Assembly: GCA_964016885.1 (NCBI GenBank)
Contig: OZ024740.1
Coordinates: forward strand, 17,112,001-17,176,000
Direction of reading: 5' to 3'
DNA length: 64,000 nt
DNA from: Eledone cirrhosa
Taxonomy: Eukaryota
The notes under the pieces are model-generated. The model searched no databases. It saw only the letters and a program-made list of their open reading frames with translations, and was not told the DNA's origin. The translations under genes and the position numbers were made by a program. Shown here one piece after another: positions 55,801 to 64,000 of the stretch (its first letter is position 1; every line of letters starts with the position of its first letter).

Positions 55801-58800
55801 CTGTTTGTGTGCTTATGACAGTATGTGTGTGTCTGTATGACTGTTTGTGTGCTTTTGACAGTATGTGTGTCTGTATGACTGTGTTTGTGTGGTTATGACA
55901 GTATGTGTGTCTGTATGACTGTGTTCGTGTGGTTATGACAGTATGTGTCTGTATGACTGTGTTTGTGTGGTTATGACAGTGTGTGTCTGTATGACTGTTT
56001 GTGTGGTTATGACAGTATGTGTGTGTCTGTATGAGTGTTTGTGTGGTTATGACAGTATGTGTGTCTGTATGACTGTTTGTGTGGTTATGACAGTATGTGT
56101 GTGTCTGTATGACTGTGTTCGTGTGGTTATGACAGTATGTGTGTGTCTGTATAACTGTGTTTGTGTGGTTATGACAGTATGTGTGTCTGTGTTTGTGTGG
56201 TTATGACAGTATGTGTGTGTCTGTATGACTGTTTGTGTGCTTATGACAGTATGTGTGTGTCTGTATGACTGTTTGTGTGCTTTTGACAGTATGTGTGTCT
56301 GTATGACTGTGTTTGTGTGGTTATGACAGTATGTGTGTCTGTATGACTGTGTTCGTGTGGTTATGACAGTATGTGTGTCTGTATGACTGTGTTTGTGTGG
56401 TTATGACAGTGTGTGTCTGTATGACTGTTTGTGTGGTTATGACAGTATGTGTGTGTCTGTATGACTGTTTGTGTGGTTATGACAGTATGTGTGTCTGTAT
56501 GACTGTTTGTGTGGTTATGACAGTATGTGTGTCTGTATGACTGTTTGTGTGGTTATGACAGTATGTGTGTGTCTGTATGACTGTTTGTGTGGTTATGACA
56601 GTATGTTTGTCTGTATGACTGTTTGTGTGGTTATGACAGTATGTGTGTGTCTGTATGAGTGTTTGTGTGGTTATGACAGTATGTGTGTGTCTGTATGACT
56701 GTGTTTGTGTGGTTATGACAGTATGTGTGTGGCTGTATGACTGTGTTTGTGTGGTTATGACAGTATGTGTGTCTGTATAACTGTGTTTGTGTGGTTATGA
56801 CAGTATGTGGGTGTCTGTATGACTGTGTTTGTGTGGTTATGACAGTATGTGTGTGGCTCTATGACTGTGTTTGTGTGGTTATGACAGTGTGTGTCTGTAT
56901 GACTGTTTGTGTGGTTATGACAGTATGTGTGTCTGTATAACTGTGTTTGTGTGGTTATGACAGTATGTGGGTGTCTGTATGACTGTGTTTGTGTGGTTAT
57001 GACAGTATGTGTGTGTCTGTATGACTGTTTGTGTGGTTATGACAGTATGTGTGTGGCTGTATGACTGTGTTTGTGTGGTTATGACAGTATGTGTGTCTGT
57101 ATGACTGTTTGTGTGATTATGACAGTATGTGTGTCTGTATGACTGTGTTTGTGTGGTTATGACAGTATGTGTGTGTCTGCATGACTGTTTGTGTGGTTAT
57201 GACAGTATGTGTGTCTGTGTTTGTGTGGTTATGACAGTATGTGTGTGTCTGTATGACTGTTTGTGTGGTTATGACAGTATGTGTGTCTGTGTTTGTGTGG
57301 TTATGACAGTATGTGTGTGTCTGTATGACTGTTTGTGTGCTTATGACAGTATGTGTGTGTCTGTATGACTGTGTTTGTGTGGTTATGACAGTATGTGTGT
57401 GTCTGTATGACTGTTTGTGTGCTTTTGACAGTATGTGTGTCTGTATGACTGTGTTTGTGTGGTTATGACAGTATGTGTGTGTCTGTATAACTGTGTTTGT
57501 GTGGTTATGACAGTATGTGTGTGTCTGTATGACTGTGTTTGTGTGGTTATGACAGTATGTGTGTCTGTATGACTGTTTGTGTGGTTATGACAGTATGTGT
57601 GTCTGTATGACTGTTTGTGTGCTTATGACAGTATGTGTGTGTCTGTATGACTGTGTTTGTGTGGTTATGACAGTATGTGTGTGTCTGTATGACTGTTTGT
57701 GTGGTTATGACAGTATGTGTGTGTCTGTATGACTGTGTTTGTGTGGTTATGACAGTATGTGTGTCTGTATGACTGTTTGTGTGGTTATGACAGTATGTGT
57801 GTCTGTATGACTGTTTGTGTGGTTATGACAGTATGTGTGTGTCTGTATGACTGTTTGTGTGGTTATGACAGTATGTGTGTCTGTGTTTGTGTGGTTATGA
57901 CAGTATGTGTGTGTCTGTATGACTGTTTGTGTGCTTATGACAGTATGTGTGTGTCTGTATGACTGTTTGTGTGCTTTTGACAGTATGTGTGTCTGTATGA
58001 CTGTGTTTGTGTGGTTATGACAGTATGTGTGTCTGTATGACTGTGTTCGTGTGGTTATGACAGTATGTGTGTCTGTATGACTGTGTTTGTGTGGTTATGA
58101 CAGTGTGTGTCTGTATGACTGTTTGTGTGGTTATGACAGTATGTGTGTGTCTGTATGAGTGTTTGTGTGGTTATGACAGTATGTGTGTCTGTATGACTGT
58201 TTGTGTGGTTATGACAGTATGTGTGTGTCTGTATGACTGTGTTCGTGTGGTTATGACAGTATGTGTGTGTCTGTATAACTGTGTTTGTGTGGTTATGACA
58301 GTATGTGTGTCTGTGTTTGTGTGGTTATGACAGTATGTGTGTGTCTGTATGACTGTTTGTGTGCTTATGACAGTATGTGTGTGTCTGTATGACTGTTTGT
58401 GTGCTTTTGACAGTATGTGTGTCTGTATGACTGTGTTTGTGTGGTTATGACAGTATGTGTGTCTGTATGACTGTGTTCGTGTGGTTATGACAGTATGTGT
58501 GTCTGTATGACTGTGTTTGTGTGGTTATGACAGTGTGTGTCTGTATGACTGTTTGTGTGGTTATGACAGTATGTGTGTGTCTGTATGACTGTTTGTGTGG
58601 TTATGACAGTATGTGTGTCTGTATGACTGTTTGTGTGGTTATGACAGTATGTGTGTCTGTATGACTGTTTGTGTGGTTATGACAGTATGTGTGTGTCTGT
58701 ATGACTGTTTGTGTGGTTATGACAGTATGTTTGTCTGTATGACTGTTTGTGTGGTTATGACAGTATGTGTGTCTGTATAACTGTGTTTGTGTGGTTATGA

Positions 58801-61800
58801 CAGTATGTGGGTGTCTGTATGACTGTGTTTGTGTGGTTATGACAGTATGTGTGTGGCTCTATGACTGTGTTTGTGTGGTTATGACAGTGTGTGTCTGTAT
58901 GACTGTTTGTGTGGTTATGACAGTATGTGTGTCTGTATAACTGTGTTTGTGTGGTTATGACAGTATGTGGGTGTCTGTATGACTGTGTTTGTGTGGTTAT
59001 GACAGTATGTGTGTGTCTGTATGACTGTTTGTGTGGTTATGACAGTATGTGTGTGGCTGTATGACTGTGTTTGTGTGGTTATGACAGTATGTGTGTCTGT
59101 ATGACTGTTTGTGTGATTATGACAGTATGTGTGTCTGTATGACTGTGTTTGTGTGGTTATGACAGTATGTGTGTGTCTGCATGACTGTTTGTGTGGTTAT
59201 GACAGTATGTGTGTCTGTGTTTGTGTGGTTATGACAGTATGTGTGTGTCTGTATGACTGTTTGTGTGGTTATGACAGTATGTGTGTCTGTGTTTGTGTGG
59301 TTATGACAGTATGTGTGTGTCTGTATGACTGTTTGTGTGCTTATGACAGTATGTGTGTGTCTGTATGACTGTGTTTGTGTGGTTATGACAGTATGTGTGT
59401 GTCTGTATGACTGTTTGTGTGCTTTTGACAGTATGTGTGTCTGTATGACTGTGTTTGTGTGGTTATGACAGTATGTGTGTGTCTGTATAACTGTGTTTGT
59501 GTGGTTATGACAGTATGTGTGTGTCTGTATGACTGTTTGTGTGGTTATGACAGTATGTGTGTCTGTGTTTGTGTGGTTATGACAGTATGTGTGTGTCTGT
59601 ATGACTGTTTGTGTGCTTATGACAGTATGTGTGTGTCTGTATGACTGTTTGTGTGCTTTTGACAGTATGTGTGTCTGTATGACTGTGTTTGTGTGGTTAT
59701 GACAGTATGTGTGTCTGTATGACCGTGTTCGTGTGGTTATGACAGTATGTGTGTCTGTATGACTGTGTTTGTGTGGTTATGACAGTGTGTGTCTGTATGA
59801 CTGTTTGTGTGGTTATGACAGTATGTGTGTGTCTGTATGAGTGTTTGTGTGGTTATGACAGTATGTGTGTCTGTATGACTGTTTGTGTGGTTATGACAGT
59901 ATGTGTGTGTCTGTATGACTGTGTTCGTGTGGTTATGACAGTATGTGTGTGTCTGTATAACTGTGTTTGTGTGGTTATGACAGTATGTGTGTCTGTGTTT
60001 GTGTGGTTATGACAGTATGTGTGTGTCTGTATGACTGTTTGTGTGCTTATGACAGTATGTGTGTGTCTGTATGACTGTTTGTGTGCTTTTGACAGTATGT
60101 GTGTCTGTATGACTGTGTTTGTGTGGTTATGACAGTATGTGTGTCTGTATGACTGTGTTCGTGTGGTTATGACAGTATGTGTGTCTGTATGACTGTGTTT
60201 GTGTGGTTATGACAGTGTGTGTCTGTATGACTGTTTGTGTGGTTATGACAGTATGTGTGTGTCTGTATGACTGTTTGTGTGGTTATGACAGTATGTGTGT
60301 CTGTATGACTGTTTGTGTGGTTATGACAGTATGTGTGTCTGTATGACTGTTTGTGTGGTTATGACAGTATGTGTGTGTCTGTATGACTGTTTGTGTGGTT
60401 ATGACAGTATGTTTGTCTGTATGACTGTTTGTGTGGTTATGACAGTATGTGTGTGTCTGTATGAGTGTTTGTGTGGTTATGACAGTATGTGTGTGTCTGT
60501 ATGACTGTGTTTGTGTGGTTATGACAGTATGTGTGTGGCTGTATGACTGTGTTTGTGTGGTTATGACAGTATGTGTGTCTGTATAACTGTGTTTGTGTGG
60601 TTATGACAGTATGTGGGTGTCTGTATGACTGTGTTTGTGTGGTTATGACAGTATGTGTGTGGCTCTATGACTGTGTTTGTGTGGTTATGACAGTGTGTGT
60701 CTGTATGACTGTTTGTGTGGTTATGACAGTATGTGTGTCTGTATAACTGTGTTTGTGTGGTTATGACAGTATGTGGGTGTCTGTATGACTGTGTTTGTGT
60801 GGTTATGACAGTATGTGTGTGTCTGTATGACTGTTTGTGTGGTTATGACAGTATGTGTGTGGCTGTATGACTGTGTTTGTGTGGTTATGACAGTATGTGT
60901 GTCTGTATGACTGTTTGTGTGATTATGACAGTATGTGTGTCTGTATGACTGTGTTTGTGTGGTTATGACAGTATGTGTGTGTCTGCATGACTGTTTGTGT
61001 GGTTATGACAGTATGTGTGTCTGTGTTTGTGTGGTTATGACAGTATGTGTGTGTCTGTATGACTGTTTGTGTGGTTATGACAGTATGTGTGTCTGTGTTT
61101 GTGTGGTTATGACAGTATGTGTGTGTCTGTATGACTGTTTGTGTGCTTATGACAGTATGTGTGTGTCTGTATGACTGTGTTTGTGTGGTTATGACAGTAT
61201 GTGTGTGTCTGTATGACTGTTTGTGTGCTTTTGACAGTATGTGTGTCTGTATGACTGTGTTTGTGTGGTTATGACAGTATGTGTGTGTCTGTATAACTGT
61301 GTTTGTGTGGTTATGACAGTATGTGTGTGTCTGTATGACTGTGTTTGTGTGGTTATGACAGTATGTGTGTCTGTATGACTGTGTTCGTGTGGTTATGACA
61401 GTATGTGTGTGTCTGTATAACTGTGTTTGTGTGGTTATGACAGTATGTGTGTTTGTATGAGTGTTTGTGTGCTTATGACAGTATGTGTGTCTGTATGACA
61501 GTGTTTGTGTGGTTATGACAGTATGTGTGTCTGTATGACTGTGTTTGTGTCGTTATGACAGTATGTGTGTGTCTATATGACTGTTTGTGTGGTTATGACA
61601 GTATGTGTGTCTGTATGACTGTGTTTGTGTGGTTATGACAGTATGTGTGTGTCTGTATGACTGTGTTTGTGTGGTTATGACAGTATGTGTGTCTGTATGA
61701 CCGTTTGTGTGGTTATGACAGTATGTGTGTGTCTGTATGACTGTGTTTATGTGGTTATGACAGTATGTGTGTCTGTATGACTGTGTTTGTGTGGTTATGA

Positions 61801-64000
61801 CAGTATGTGTGTGTCTGTATGACTGTGTTTGTGTGGTTATGACAGTGTGTGTGTGTCTGTATGACTGTGTTTGTGTGGTTATGACAGTATGTGTGTGTCT
61901 GTATGACTGTGTTTGTGTGGTTATGACAGTATGTGTGTCTGTATCACTGTGTTTGTGTGGTTATGACTTTGTGTGTGTCTGTATGACTGATTTTGTATGG
62001 TTATGACAGTGTGTGTGTCTGTATGACTGTGTTTCTGTGGTTATGACAGTATGTGTGTCTGTATGACTGTGTTTCTGTGGTTATGACAGTATGTGTGTCT
62101 GTATGACTGTGTTTGTGTGGTTATGACAGTATGTGTGTCTGTATGACTGTGTTTGTGTGGTTATGACAGTATGTGTGTGTCTGTATGAGTGTTTGTGTGG
62201 TTATGACAGTATGTGTGTGTCTGTATGACTGTGTTTGTGTGGTTATGACAGTATGTGTGTCTGTATGACTGTGTTTGTGTGGTTATGACAGTATGTGTGT
62301 GTCTGTATGACTGTGTTTGTGTGGTTATGACAGTATGTGTGTCTGTATGACTGTGTTTGTGTGGTTATGACAGTATGTGTGTCTGTATGACTGTGTTTGT
62401 GTGGTTATGACAGTATGTGTGTGTCTGTATGACTGATTGTGTGGTTATGACAGTATGTGTGTGTCTGTCTGACTGTGTGTGTGGTTATGACAGTATGTGT
62501 GTGTCTGTATGACTGTGTGGTTATGACAGTATGTGTGTGTCTGCATGACTGTTTGTGTGGTTATGACAGTATGTGTGTGTCTGTATGACTGTGTTTGTGT
62601 GGTTATGACAGTATGTGTGTGTCTGTATGACTGTTTGTGTGGTTATGACAGTATGTGTGTGTCTGCATGACTGTTTGTGTGGTTATGACAGTATGTGTGT
62701 GTCTGTATGACTTTGTGTGGTTATGACAGTATGTGTGTCTGTATGACTGTTTGTGTGCTTATGACAGTATGTGTGTGTCTGTATGACTGTGTTTGTGTGG
62801 TTATGACAGTATGTGTGTGTCTGTATGACTGTGTTTGTGTGGTTATGACAGTATGTATGTGTCTGTATGACTGTGTTTGTGTGGTTATGACAGTATGTGT
62901 GTCTGTATGACTGTTTGTGTGGTTATGACAGTATGTGTGTCTGTATGACTGTTTGTGTGGTTATGACAGTATGTGTGTGTCTGTATGACTGTTTGTGTGG
63001 TTATGACAGTATGTCTGTCTGTATAACTGTGTTTGTGTGGTTATGACAGTATGTGGGTGTCTGTATGACTGTGTTTGTGTGGTTATGACAGTATGTGTGT
63101 GTCTGTATGACTGTTTGTGTGGTTATGACAGTATGTGTGTGGCTGTATGACTGTGTTTGTGTGGTTATGACAGTATGTGTGTCTGTATGACTGTTTGTGT
63201 GATTATGACAGTATGTGTGTCTGTATGACTGTGTTTGTGTGGTTATGACAGTATGTGTGTGTCTGCATGACTGTTTGTGTGGTTATGACAGTATGTGTGT
63301 CTGTGTTTGTGTGGTTATGACAGTATGTGTGTGTCTGTATGACTGTTTGTGTGGTTATGACAGTATGTGTGTCTGTGTTTGTGTGGTTATGACAGTATGT
63401 GTGTGTCTGTATGACTGTTTGTGTGCTTATGACAGTATGTGTGTGTCTGTATGACTGTGTTTGTGTGGTTATGACAGTATGTGTGTGTCTGTATGACTGT
63501 TTGTGTGCTTTTGACAGTATGTGTGTCTGTATGACTGTGTTTGTGTGGTTATGACAGTATGTGTGTGTCTGTATAACTGTGTTTGTGTGGTTATGACAGT
63601 ATGTGTGTGTCTGTATGACTGTGTTTGTGTGGTTATGACAGTATGTGTGTCTGTATGACTGTTTGTGTGGTTATGACAGTATGTGTGTCTGTATGACTGT
63701 TTGTGTGCTTATGACAGTATGTGTGTGTCTGTATGACTGTGTTTGTGTGGTTATGACAGTATGTGTGTGTCTGTATGACTGTGTTTGTGTGGTTATGACA
63801 GTATGTGTGTGTCTGTATGACTGTGTTTGTGTGGTTATGACAGTATGTGTGTCTGTATGACTGTTTGTGTGGTTATGACAGTATGTGTGTCTGTATGACT
63901 GTTTGTGTGGTTATGACAGTATGTGTGTGTCTGTATGACTGTTTGTGTGGTTATGACAGTATGTGTGTCTGTGTTTGTGTGGTTATGACAGTATGTGTGT
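40850..64000. repeat. ~40-bp satellite GTGGTTATGACAGTATGTGTGTCTGTATGACTGTGTTTGT, >23 kb, running off the window; inverted blocks at ~42720-43703 and ~46164-47215
   Basis: Tandem unit with +/-2-bp GT length variants; higher-order periodicity is visible in the recurrence of identical ORFs. Confidence 0.97.

Noticed and set aside
40850-64000. Cys-rich small ORFs (metallothionein-like) or a CRISPR-like array
   Set aside because: Pure satellite without unique spacers; eukaryotic context; no cas genes.

Overview
Gene-free, repeat-saturated animal DNA. The SINE/LINE repertoire and heavy (TA)n/(CA)n load look like an octopus (coleoid cephalopod) genome; this is an inference. No host protein-coding gene is supported: almost all long ORFs are translations of micro/minisatellites. 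Real coding traces are retrotransposon-derived: several 5'-truncated RTE-type LINEs whose RT carries an inserted C4HC3 PHD-like finger, and one near full-length but disrupted L1/Tx1-type LINE (33.6-39.0 kb). Also present are two tRNA-derived SINE families, an 808-bp non-autonomous Helitron with canonical ends, three large minisatellite arrays, a long triplet array, and a >23-kb ~40-bp satellite with fold-back inversions and nested higher-order repeats. The most unusual items are a tRNA-like cloverleaf with A/B boxes and a TTTT terminator enclosed in a perfect 78-bp inverted repeat (3717-3966), a neighbouring hammerhead-like hairpin element (4483-4660), a head-to-head RTE pair, and SINE 3' tail swapping. 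All alignments were made by eye, so boundaries are approximate.
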